In this document: positions 39,701 through 49,256 of the stretch, piece after piece
Layout: every line of letters starts with the position of its first letter
Position numbering within the stretch: position 1 is the first letter of the stretch
DNA from: Macrostomum lignano
Taxonomy: Eukaryota
Length of the DNA: 64,000 nt
NCBI GenBank assembly: GCA_002269645.1
Contig: NIVC01000343.1
Location: 171,218-235,217 of the forward strand
Direction of reading: 5' to 3'
Translations under genes and position numbers: made by a program
Notes under the pieces: generated by a model
Seen by the model: only the letters and a program-made list of their open reading frames with translations
Told to the model about the DNA's origin: nothing
Database searches by the model: none

Positions 39701-41369
39701 GCATGGCAACGCGGACGCAATGTCGAGGAAGCCAGTACGGAGACATTTCGGAGCGGAGACATGCCCGGCATGTGCGCAGCATCCAGAAGGACTAAATGCA
39801 GTCGAATTTGAACGATTCTCAGCCGGCAATCTGGCAAGCGAGCAGGATCAAGACGACGATTTGAGAACAGTAAAGGAAGCGCTTGGCTCAAACCCAGTTC
39901 CAGATAAAAGCGAGACAGCTTGGAGTCCACTGGCTAGAGCCGTCTGGACTCGAAAAGACGACCTGGTGCTGCAAGAGAACGTGCTCCTTGTGAGAAACAA
40001 AGACAGGCGCGATGAGTATCAAATGGTGCTGCCACGAAAGGCATTGGATCGTATCTTGAAAACCCTACACGAGGGAGTGGGAGGTGGCCACATGGGCTTT
40101 GCGAAGACAAAATTTAAAGTGCTTCAGCGCTACTGGCGTCCAGGATTGTCTCGTGCCATTGAAGAATATATTCGCGGTTGTGCCACCTGCTGCAAGTCAA
40201 AGCCGGGCAAGCGAAACCGAGCACCCCTGCAACCGTTGACATTCGCAGCACCATTCGATTGCGTCATGATGGACATTGTCGGGCCGCTACCGCGGAGTAA
40301 GGCTGGAAACATTTATCTCCTGACAGTCCAAGATTCGTTTACGAAGTGGCCTGACGCGTACCCGCTTCGCAACCAGAAGGCAAGGACGGTGGCAAGGGCG
40401 CTTTTCAATCGATGGATTAGCCAGCATGGGTGTCCGAGTACTTTGCACAGCGACCAAGGAAGAAACTTCGAATCGCAAGTGATGCGCGAAATGTGCAGGA
40501 TACTCGAGATCCGCAAGTCCAGAACAACAGCTTATCATCCGAGCGGAAATGGACAAGTAGAAAACTTCAATAAAAGTTTAAAATCCATCCTCAAGTGCTG
40601 CCTAGAGGACTCAGGACGAAACGACTGGGAAGAATTCGTCAGCTCTGCGTTAATGGCGTACCGATCAAGCGTGCATCGAGCAACGGGTTATACTCCCCAC
40701 TACATGGTCTATGGCACGGAGATGCGCCTACCGATAGACTTGACTGACCAGCCGCCACAGCCTGTCGATTCGCATGTAAATTTCGTCAAGGAGCTAGAAG
40801 ACAAATTGCAGACAGCTCATCGCGCTGCTCGACAGCAGTTGAATACTTATCAGCGGCGACAGAAGGACCAGTACGATAAAAGAACCCGAGGATCCGATAT
40901 TCAGGAGGGTGACCATGTCTTCGTCTACAGCCCCGCCCTGAAACCAGACGAAGCCGCAAAGTTTCACGTAAGCTGGCTCGGCCCAGTGAAGGTGCTCGAA
41001 AGAAGATCCGAGGTGCTCTTCAAAGTGGAAAACCCGTCAAATCGTAAAAAGTCGAAGTTCGTCCACTTCAACAACCTCCGGAAGTTCGCTCGACCGGCCG
41101 CCCTGGAAACACCAGTTAGGACCGCGGCACCGCCGGAAGTGGTCGACGAGACGGACTCGGAGGCAGATGCGGAAGGCGAGACTTGGACTCGGCCTCAACT
41201 GATGCCGCCACAGGACGCTGAGGAAGTCGCCGAGGTGCTGGAAGAGCAGATGGAGTTGGTTGACGACCCGCAGCCTACTCATAACCCGGTGGAAGCTGCA
41301 CCTGAGCCTCGAAGGTCCGGAAGGTTGCGACGGCCGCCGGATCGCTACGGCCAGCCAGTGACATTCTAA
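36672..41369 (+). CDS. pol: Pol of element 2 (PR-RT-RNase H-IN) in the -1 frame relative to gag
   Basis: LVDSGAS, YIDD, DTDGSSKMGIG/RLE, HEGVGGGH..CATC, MDIVGP..SDQGRNFE..ENFN and GPY/F-like WLGPVKV. No in-frame stops. Confidence 0.97.
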   Translation: MLQLRGDRPSLIPVPKAGKRQEGPTSWRQVSPCNSSASEQVVISSHHHQTPGTASHQPPVSGTAPHQHPVSGTAPHQHSVSGTAPHQPPASGTASHQPPVSGTVSHQHPVSGTVPHQPPVSGTAPHQPTVSGTESHQHPVSGTVSHQHPVSGTVPHQPPVSGTAPHQHSVSGTAPHQHPVSGTAPHQPPASGTVPHQHPVSGTAPHQPPVSGTVPHQHPVSGTESHQHPVSGTAPHQPTVSGTESHQHPVSVTVPHQPPASGTAPHHQLAGFAQSQRPITVNAPQSIQINPASIYVTASIAGRRVNALVDSGASCTIISREAYQSMPKQSVRDLAGAEGYVSLANGSPIEIERTVLLRLSIADKVIDTPALVVSGVKYQLVLGSDFCRDNSCVIDYKTAVFSVQDTAIPFRWQAERPIVCRILATRSSTIPPGHQAVLSARLESKGRRNRGCVGLTENLGANDLAAGRWLAKALVIPNSGSRLPTRLINITEEPVRIRQGCTLGWFCPLESTEPLNTIKLLAVESGDDPQEEPKVQGSNSPSEADLLPNSYGDCGLSTKEDEEFRILVRSYSDVFTTKQTSSKLTTVVEHEINTENARPIKIPPRRLPPHLQPEVDRQVNELLEKGQIEEAQSPWCFPLVCVKKKSGEMRMCVDYRKLNEVTVKDAVPMPRVDDALEAVHGAKIFSTMDLHSGFWQVGVRPQDQDKTAFAVPHRGQFRWKVMPFGLVNSPATFTRLMAAVLDKQMWKTCLVYIDDLLVWSTDVDEHLRRLEEIFSKLRQANLCLKPQKCHFLQKQVKFLGHTLSAAGISTDEEKVQEVKNWPTPRSSTELHSFLGLCGYYRKFIKDFAAIAAPLTRLTTKDAKFEWKTEQQLAFETLKERMTSSEVMAHPDFSPDAGEFILDTDGSSKMGIGAVLSQVQPDGAERVIAYGSKTLNQAERNYCTTRLELLAVVTFIMKFRYYLLGKAFCLRTDHSSLQWLKNFSDAEGQVARWLEKLAPFQYRIVHRPGRSHGNADAMSRKPVRRHFGAETCPACAQHPEGLNAVEFERFSAGNLASEQDQDDDLRTVKEALGSNPVPDKSETAWSPLARAVWTRKDDLVLQENVLLVRNKDRRDEYQMVLPRKALDRILKTLHEGVGGGHMGFAKTKFKVLQRYWRPGLSRAIEEYIRGCATCCKSKPGKRNRAPLQPLTFAAPFDCVMMDIVGPLPRSKAGNIYLLTVQDSFTKWPDAYPLRNQKARTVARALFNRWISQHGCPSTLHSDQGRNFESQVMREMCRILEIRKSRTTAYHPSGNGQVENFNKSLKSILKCCLEDSGRNDWEEFVSSALMAYRSSVHRATGYTPHYMVYGTEMRLPIDLTDQPPQPVDSHVNFVKELEDKLQTAHRAARQQLNTYQRRQKDQYDKRTRGSDIQEGDHVFVYSPALKPDEAAKFHVSWLGPVKVLERRSEVLFKVENPSNRKKSKFVHFNNLRKFARPAALETPVRTAAPPEVVDETDSEADAEGETWTRPQLMPPQDAEEVAEVLEEQMELVDDPQPTHNPVEAAPEPRRSGRLRRPPDRYGQPVTF
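36830..37470 (+). repeat. 30-bp coding tandem repeat (~21 x PHQ(H/P)PVSGT(A/V)) at the start of pol
   Basis: Unit CCTCATCAGC(A/C)TCCAGTGTCCGGTACTGCG, in frame upstream of the protease. Confidence 0.95.
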
Positions 41370-41792
41370 TGGGTTACTCGTCATCGTGAAGTCTCATCAG
41401 TTTCATATGCGATTATCGTTAAAAGCCAGAAAAATATTTCGCGAATGCGTCATTCATCATAAATACGAGTACTTCATCAATGCATCATTCATCATGAGTA
41501 CGAGCAGTTCGCCAATGCGTCATTCAAGAAATTCGTTAATGCGTCATTAAGTCATTTTAATCGCATCTTCATCGAAGTTTTGACGAGAATCAAATTTTGC
41601 CTACAAAATCTATGCATCGGTGGAGGGTATTCGGACTGGCATCCGGTGACAACTCGAATTTGCGCTGGGACTTTACGATGCAGGGTACCGCGGGCCACGG
41701 TCCGAGGAGATGACGCTCTGGCAAGAGGGGAGCAGGAGTAGAATCTGGAGTCAGGGACAGTGTGTCGCAGGTTTGAGTACGTTGCTTTGCAG

Positions 41793-42701
41793 ATGGATTT
41801 GTACGCTGTCCTCCAAGTCGGACACACAGCCGAACGTGCCGAGATCAGGCGAGTCTATCGACAGCTAGCGCTCTTCTGGCACCCGGACAAGCACCCGGAC
41901 AAGGAACTCGCAGGACGCCGTTTCCAAGAAATTGAGACTGCTGGTAGAATTCTATCGTGTCCATATCGCCGAGCGATGTACGACCAGTTGGGCGATAAAT
42001 CAATCCCGTATGACGAGGCTGTAACCTTCGCAATGACGTTCATACCTCCTACTGGTGTAAGAATGCCGGCGGACATCGAAGAGGGAGTACAGCAAAGGCG
42101 AGAAGTTGAAGAAGCTCAGCGCAAGGAAGCTGGTCTCAGGCAGGGGAGACAGGGACAGAGGAACGATTACGAAGCGGATGGCTACATTCTAATCTCGGAC
42201 GACGATGAGAGCGAGGAGTCGGATGAGTGTAGCATCGACACAGAAGAAGAAGACGAGTTGCTGGCATCGGATGGCTCCTCCGGAAGTAGTGAGTCAGAAG
42301 CTATGGAGATCGATGTACCGGAAAGCAAGGAGGTTGTCTCACATCGCGCGTCGGGAGCAATATGGGATGATGAAAAGCTGTCGTTATCGGCAGCTGCGCG
42401 TCAGCTCCGCCATCGTTTGATGAAGCATATTTTGGCTGGACAGTCGGACGGAATCGTGTCAGTGCTCACGGCTATGAGACGGCTGTTTCGAGACTCGCAG
42501 CGAGAACCGAGGAGCGCACTGTCAATGGTCCTGCTGCAGGCGTTGTTCTTCATCCGCAGAGATATCGCTCCGGTAAAGCGTCAGAGAGCAGGCCGCCGTT
42601 ACTGGTCTAGGCAGAGTTTTGATTGTTTCGTCCGACAGCTCTGTCACGAGCTCATCCCGCTTTCGGTTTGCGCCGGCCCGGCAGGCTGCTCGAGGTCCTG
42701 A
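41793..42701 (+). CDS. ORF3 of element 2: DnaJ/Hsp40 J-domain accessory protein (302 aa)
   Basis: MDLYAVLQV...EIRRVYRQLALFWHPDKHPDKELAGRRFQEIETAGRILSCPYRRAMYDQLG fits the J-domain consensus, with HPD at 41880. It is followed by an acidic linker and a basic helical C-terminus. It lies between pol and the PPT/3' LTR. The ATG is directly preceded by TTGCTTTGCAG. Confidence 0.92.
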   Translation: MDLYAVLQVGHTAERAEIRRVYRQLALFWHPDKHPDKELAGRRFQEIETAGRILSCPYRRAMYDQLGDKSIPYDEAVTFAMTFIPPTGVRMPADIEEGVQQRREVEEAQRKEAGLRQGRQGQRNDYEADGYILISDDDESEESDECSIDTEEEDELLASDGSSGSSESEAMEIDVPESKEVVSHRASGAIWDDEKLSLSAAARQLRHRLMKHILAGQSDGIVSVLTAMRRLFRDSQREPRSALSMVLLQALFFIRRDIAPVKRQRAGRRYWSRQSFDCFVRQLCHELIPLSVCAGPAGCSRS

Positions 42702-42844
42702 AAAGCTGCGTCGGTCTCCCTGGACTTCGGGTTCGCTAGGGTGACCAGTTCCGATTCATACTGTATTTTCTGCTTACTTGTATGTATGTTGTTACGCTCG
42801 TACTGTATGGGTTTATTTGCATGCTAGTGGGGTCAAGCTTCCTG

Positions 42845-43530
42845 GGGGAATGGCTCAGCGGCTTCTGCGGCGGCCACCTGCGCTTCCTGCCGGCTTCTGC
42901 GGCGGCCACGTGCGCTTCCTGCCGGCTTCTGCGGCGGCCACCTGCGCTTCCTGCCGGCTTCTGCGGCGGCCACCTGCGCTTCCTGCCGGCTTCTGCGGCG
43001 GCCTCGTGCGCTTCCTGCCGGCTTCTGCGGCGGCCACGTGCGCTTCCCGCCCGGCCATATGCGCGCCTCGCCCGGCCGCCTTCGCATCTTGCCGGCCACC
43101 TGCGTGCCCTGCCGGCCATCTGCGCGTCCTGTCGGCAACCTGCGCTTCCTGCCCGGCCATCTGCGCGTCCTGTCGGCAACCTGCGCTTCCCGCCCGGCCA
43201 TCTGCGCTTCCTGTCGGCAACCTGCGCTTCCCGCCCGGCCATCTGCGCTTCCTGCCGGCCACCTGCGTGCCCTGCCGGCCATCTGCACTTCCTGCCGGCC
43301 ACCTGCGTGTCCTGCCGGCCACTTGCGCGTCCTGCCGGCCACCTGCGCGTCCCGCCCGGCCACCTGCGTGCCCTGCCGGCCATCTGCACTTCCTGCCGGC
43401 CATCTGCGCTTCCTGCCGGCCACCTGCGCGTCCCGCCCGGCCACCTGCGTGCCCTGCCGGCCATCTGCACTTCCTGCCGGCCACCTGCGCGTCCCGCCCG
43501 GCCACCTGCGCGTCCTGCCGGCCACCTGCG
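42845..43530. repeat. GC-rich degenerate tandem repeats (GGCCACCTGCGCTTCCTGCC core) in the 3' UTR of element 2
   Basis: Direct inspection. Open in most frames because of its composition. Confidence 0.9.
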
Positions 43531-45414
43531 ATGGTTTTCTGTGGCGCCAGCTTTGATGTAAAGCCTATTCCGTGCCCCGTGGTTGCTCTGACGAACTTGC
43601 GTGCAGAAAACCAGTATTTTTTTTCATATTTCTTTTGCGGCAACCATTTTTCTTTTTCCCCTTTGCATTAGTGTGTTTCCAATTTTTTTGTTGTTTTTGA
43701 TTTTTTTGCTTTGTTATTTAAAAAATTTGGAATCCCAGTCGCCGTGGTTCGAGCTCCGCCCTGTTTTTTTTAGGAGGGGAGGGTGTAGTGCATGCGCCCT
43801 TGTCAGTTGGCAGGGCGCGTTGCACTTTGGGGCTGGTTGGGGGGGTTGGCGGGCGTGGCAGGGTTTGGCCGCCGGCCGGGCTTTGCGCGTGCCCCTCCCC
43901 AGCCGTGCCCCTGCCCCGTGCTCAGGGCTGGTTGGCTGCGGCCGGGCCAGCTTTGGCGCGGGTGCTGCCCCTCCCCCCTTAGGCGGGGTTTTGATTGGCT
44001 GGGCCGGCGTGGTTTGTTTTGGTGAGCTTAGCCGGTGGGGCCGTCTGCCCCAGGGTTTGGGTGCTATTTATGGTGCGACTCTGGCTCTTGCCCACCTCCT
44101 GCGTGCTTTTTGTGTTTTGGTGTGCTCCGAGAGTGCAAGCGCGAGACCTGATAAAAGAAACAGCAACATTAGCTACTTCGATAAAAGAAACAGCAACATT
44201 AGCTACTTCGATAAAAGAAACAGCAACATTAGCTACTTCGATAAAAGAAACACAATAGCCTAATTGAGAAGAGTCTTGGAGAATTAAGAAGAAGTCGGAA
44301 ACTGCGCTTGAGACCTGCGAATAATAAACGGTGAACAGTCATCTGGCCACTGGTAAGCCGCCTGCTGTTTGAGTCCTTTCTTTTCGGGAAGCTTGCTAGG
44401 CCGAATTCTTGCCAGAGCGTCATAACGCCGGGAGACCATATAGCTTCTGTAGTACGGTACCGTTTACCATATATATTGCGTACGCCCTACGGTATAGAGA
44501 ATAGAAGCACTCCAGAGTGTCACCACATCTCGAGCCGCAGCGTGAACTCTGAGTGTCACAACACCAGAGGGATCGAATTATTATCGCAGAGCGTCGCCAC
44601 GCCTGCTCGTCGTATTCATAAAAGTACAGACAGAGCGTCACAACGCCTGTTATATCACATATAATATATATTGTACTCGGGACTGGGCACCCAAGCCGAC
44701 CCGGGTTACGACAGAAGCACTTGCAATATTTTAACTGCCTATTTAAGCTTCTCAAAATGACGAGTCACATGCGCAGACTTCTTAGGGCTGGAAAGGCATC
44801 ATGGATATCAGGGATGGCTAAGCAGGTTAGTCTCGAGAACCCAACAGTAATGACTACACAAGACCTTTTGCACTTATAAATTTAGTGCCCTCGTAGGGAC
44901 GGTTGCAGCACTAAGAGAGCGATATTCCTGTTACGAGACGTATTACGAGAAGGCTGGTATTAATAAAGACTTTAATGGACTTATTGATTTGCCTTAAAGA
45001 TTTCATCTCCACTGAAAACTTGAGGGTTAAAGAGTTTCAAGAGTGAGCAAGTTAAACATAAACTGTTTATCGCTGACTAAAATATTTGATGAAAAAGCAC
45101 GCATTTTTTGCTCACCAAAGTTGTAGTGACAGTGCAGCTTAATACATGAAATTTTAGGATTGATAGCTGGGCAGTTTTTGTCATGCAAGTCCGTAGCTGG
45201 CGACTGGACTCTTATGCCCTTCCTTTCTGCTAACCAAAGCAAGAGGAAAACCTGAGAGCCAATGACACGATGCCAAGCTGTAGTATCCTACTTGTAGTTT
45301 GATAGGATTTGCAGTGGTACCTGAGAGCTGCAGTACCTGTTCTCACTCAATCACTCACTCAATCACTCACTCACGGAGAACACAATTGTTAGCGGTTCAC
45401 AAGGTTCTAGTGAA

Positions 45415-47540
45415 ATTATCCCAGTTCACATGATTCTAGAAGTAGCAAAATGATCCCAGTTGACATGATTCTAGCAGTAGCAAAATGATCCCAGTTTACA
45501 TGATTCTAGCAGTATCAAAATGATCCCAGTTCACATGATTCTAGAAGTAGCAAAATGATCCCAGTTCACATGATTCTAGAAGTAGCAAACTGATCCCAGT
45601 TCACATGATTCTAGAAGTAGCAAAATGATCCCAGTTCACATGATTCTAGAAGTAGCAAAATGATCCCAGTTCACATGATTCTAGAAGTAGCAAAATGATC
45701 CCAGTTCACATGATTCTAGAAGTAGCAAAATGATCCCAGTTCACATGATTCTAGAAGTAGCAAAATGATCCCAGTTCACATGATTCTAGAAGTAGCAAAA
45801 TGATGCCAGTTCACATGATTCTAGCAGTAGCAAAATGATCCCAGTTCACATGATTCTAGAAGTAGCAAAATGATCCCAGTTCACATGATTCTAGAAGTAG
45901 CAAAATGATCCCAGTTCACATGATTCTATCAGTAGCAAAATGATCCCAGTTCACATGATTCTAGAAGTAGCAAAATGATCCCAGTTCACATGATTCTAGA
46001 AGTAGCAAAATGATCCCAGTTCACATTATTCTAGAAGTAGCAAACTGATCCCAGTTCACATGATTCTAGAAGTAGCAAAATGATCCCAGTTCACATGATT
46101 CTAGCAGTAGCAAAATGATCCCAGTTCACATGATTCTAGAAGTAGCAAAATGATCCCAGTTCACATGATTCTAGAAGTAGCAAAATGATCCCAGTTCACA
46201 TGATTCTCGCAGTTGTAAAATGATCCCAGTTGACATGATTCTAGAAGTAGCAAAATGATCCCAGTTCACGCGATTCTATTAGTAGCAAAATTATCCCAGT
46301 TCACATGATTCTAGAAGTAGCAAACTGATCCCAGTTCACATGATTCTAGAAGTAGCAAAATGATCCCAGTTCACATGATTCTAGCAGTAGCAAAATGATC
46401 CCAGTTCACATGATTCTAGAAGTAGCAAAATGATCCCAGTTCACATGATTCTAGAAGTAGCAAAATGATCCCAGTTCACATGATTCTAGAAGTAGCAAAA
46501 TGATCCCAGTTCACATGATTCTCGCAGTTGTAAAATGATCCCAGTTGACATGATTCTAGAAGTAGCAAAATGATCCCAGTTCACGCGATTCTATTAGTAG
46601 CAAAATTATCCCAGTTCACATGATTCTAAAAGTAGCAAACTGATCCCAGTTCACATGATTCTAGAAGTAGCAAAATGATCCCAGTTCACATGATTCTAGC
46701 AGTAGCAAAATGATCCCAGTTCACATGATTCTAGAAGTAGCAAAATGATCCCAGTTCACATGATTCTAGAAGTAGCAAAATGATCCCAGTTCACATGATT
46801 CTAGAAGTAGCAAAATGATCCCAGTTCACATGATTCTATCAGTAGCAAAATGATCCCAGTTCACATGATTCTAGAAGTAGCAAAATGATCCCAGTTCACA
46901 TGATTCTAGAAGTAGCAAAATGATCCCAGTTCACATGATTCTAGCAGTAGCAAAATGATCCCAGTTCACATGATTCTAGAAGTAGCAAAATGATCCCAGT
47001 TCACATGATTCTATCAGTAGCAAAATGATCCCAGTTCACATGATTCTAGAAGTAGCAAAATGATCCCAGTTCACATGATTCTAGAAGTAGCAAAATGATC
47101 CCAGTTCACATGATTCTAGAAGTAGCAAAATGATCCCAGTTCACATTATTCTAGAAGTAGCAAACTGATCCCAGTTCACATGATTCTAGAAGTAGCAAAA
47201 TGATCCCAGTTCACATGATTCTAGCAGTAGCAAAATGATCCCAGTTCACATGATTCTAGAAGTAGCAAAATGATCCCAGTTCACATGATTCTAGAAGTAG
47301 CAAAATGATCCCAGTTCACATGATTCTAGGAGAAGCAAACTGATCCCAGTTCACATGATTCTAGCAGTAGCAAAATGATCCCAGTTCACATGATTCTAGA
47401 AGTAGCAAAATGATCCCAGTTCACATGATTCTAGGAGAAGCAAACTGATCCCAGTTCACATGATTCTAGGAGAAGCAAAATGATCCCAGTTCACATGATT
47501 CTAGGAGAAGCAAACTGATCCCAGTTCACATGATTCTAGT
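45415..47540. repeat. 35-bp satellite (TGATCCCAGTTCACATGATTCTAGAAGTAGCAAAA), ~60 copies
   Basis: Direct inspection. Head-to-tail with no spacers. Isolated related units occur at ~47780 and ~48130. Confidence 0.98.
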
Positions 47541-47819
47541 GTGAGCCATTGATTTGCTATAGAGCGCCCACCCCATTTTCCGGCCCCGCGCGTCAGCCGG
47601 CTCTCTCTCTCACTCTCGCCCACTTATCTGTACTCGTAGTAAGCAAGTGTACATTTACTACCACCACCCCACGCAATGCAGTAGTCGACTAAATATTAAA
47701 TAAATAGCATCGTTTCGCCCACTGCGGCTTTCGATACTTCTTCGTGCAACTGCCAAATCATGCATTGAACTCTTACATCTAGGAGAAGCAAAATGATCCC
47801 AGTTCACATGACTCCAGCA

Positions 47820-48038
47820 GTAGCGAGTAGGCCAGGGTTCGATTCTCGACCCACTCGGAAAAATTTGTTTCTTTAAGCAAGACACTTAACTCTGCATTGC
47901 CCAGCTGTAAAATGGGTGCCAGCATTAGCTGTGGTAATTGAGGCTGTGTGTGGCGACCCCCCAGTCCTTGGACTGAACAGCCGTACGCAGCCTTCAGATG
48001 CGCCGCACAATAGCTGCGGCTGAGCTGTCGGTTGCACA
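47820..48038 (+). mobile_element. tRNA-derived SINE (5'-truncated, same family)
   Basis: GGGTTCGATTC B box, AGCAAGACACTTAACTC, and a tail matching the reverse complement of 21198-21300. Confidence 0.85.
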
Positions 48039-48470
48039 TCTGGCCATTACGGCAGGTGCAATCATTTTCACAAGCGTCTCGAAATATTCAAACTTGTGCA
48101 GCTAAGGACTCAATTCTTTGAAATCAGTACTCACATGATTCTAGCAGTATCGATATTTTGATGCTTTCTACCTATAAATTATGTTTACCAGCGGGAAAAT
48201 CAGTTAGAGAAAAAGTACGAGCGTAATTAAGGGATGAGAAAACAAGCTTTATTTTTCCATTTTTTCATCTGCCTTTCATTCCTAGTGATTTTATTAAAAT
48301 GAAACAAAATCTCAGCAGTCAAACACTCAAATTTCAACTGAAGCTGAAGTCTGACTAGAAAAAACTAACTAATAAAATTTAAAAAAACTATTCTTAATAA
48401 CCTGATTCAACCAATAGCCTTTTAAATATGCATTTTATTAAATGCCAACATAAACATGCTTCTACGCTGC

Positions 48471-48612
48471 GCTACCCTACTTGTATTCAACTCAAATCAT
48501 TGCGTAACATATAGCCAATCTGCTACCCTACTTGTATTCAACTCAAATCATTGCGTAACATATAGCCAATCTGCTACCCTACTTGTATTCAACTCAAATC
48601 ATTGCGTAACAT
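48471..48612 (+). repeat. 51-bp unit x3 at an inversion breakpoint (about 10 nt non-LTR plus 41 nt LTR)
   Basis: GCTACCCTACTTGTATTCAACTCAAATCATTGCGTAACATATAGCCAATCT is repeated three times. The third copy runs on into LTR sequence. Confidence 0.92.
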
Positions 48613-48754
48613 ATAGCCAATCTTCCAGGTGTATACACCCAACGTGCACGCTTCATTGACTAACAAATATAAAGCGGCGGAGTCAGTCGAGACTCCACAA
48701 TTCTTATTTCTCAACTCTCGCTCGCACAAAAACCCACGCGTTCAATACACAACA
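48583..48754 (+). repeat. Distal part of the 3' LTR of element 3, inverted relative to the element
   Basis: Reverse complement of ~53294-53465, ending CACAACA and followed by the TSD ACCAC at 48755-48759. Confidence 0.92.
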
Positions 48755-48759
48755 ACCAC

Positions 48760-49140
48760 CTTCAACCGTAGCCTTCAGCACTGCTTCACTTCTCGTAACA
48801 TGCGAGAAGTCTCCACAAAGTCTTCCACCTCCGTTCCGAAGATTATTGTCAATTCCTTTTTAATCCAGCCGTTAGTCTTCTCCTTCCAGGAAATGGCCAG
48901 AAGCAATCTGTAGATCTTCATCTCGAAAGCTCTCAGTTTCTTTTCATCTTTCTTCTCTGCTGTCCAGCTCTCACACGCAGAAAGAGAAGTTGCCATGACT
49001 ACTGATCTCATCAGCAAGCATTTTATTTTTACATATGGATTTTTTGCCCAAAAAGATGTTGTCCAGTTTCTCCAGCGTACTTGTTATACTCTTCCAATCC
49101 GTATCCGAATCTCCATGCCTGACTTTCCATTGTCTTCTAT
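48760..49140 (-). mobile_element. RTE-type LINE relic, upstream part (inverted)
   Basis: EIRIRIG...LEKLDNIFW...LLMRSVVMATSLSACESWT...KKLRAFEMKIYRLLLAISW matches the RTE RT C-terminal pattern (CE(S/T)WT..KL.AFEM..YRR.L.I.W). Confidence 0.8.
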
Positions 49141-49256
49141 TCTCGATTCACTTGTGTGAATACCGTGCAAAGACCAGTTTGCTAGCATCCAATTCTTGCT
49201 AATCGATACGCCTTGTTTACTTTGCTTTTTCCTTCCTTTTTTGAGGGTTTGCTACT

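Larger units (their letters stand above)
34668..44713 (+). mobile_element. Full-length Ty3/gypsy LTR retrotransposon 2 (Osvaldo-like), 10046 bp, three ORFs
   Basis: LTRs 34668-35596 and 43784-44713 (TGTAGT...CGACA, 929/930 bp) differ by one indel and one substitution seen by eye. 4-bp TSD GAAG. PPT AGGAGGGGAGGG at 43772-43783. Lys PBS. Confidence 0.97.

Noticed and set aside
41760-42701. ORF3 as an env gene
   Set aside because: No signal peptide, furin site or TM anchor; the N-terminus is a J-domain. No LxCxE motif either, so the T-antigen analogy is limited to the J-domain.
42736-43671. Several 170-300-aa overlapping ORFs
   Set aside because: Products of a GC-rich tandem repeat that lacks stop codons.
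35331-44713. Element 2 with 266-bp LTRs
   Set aside because: Identity extends 663 bp further upstream, and the TSD (GAAG) and PPT fit only the 930-bp LTR.
45415-47540. 35-bp repeats as a CRISPR array
   Set aside because: Units are head-to-tail with no unique spacers, there are no cas genes, and the context is eukaryotic.
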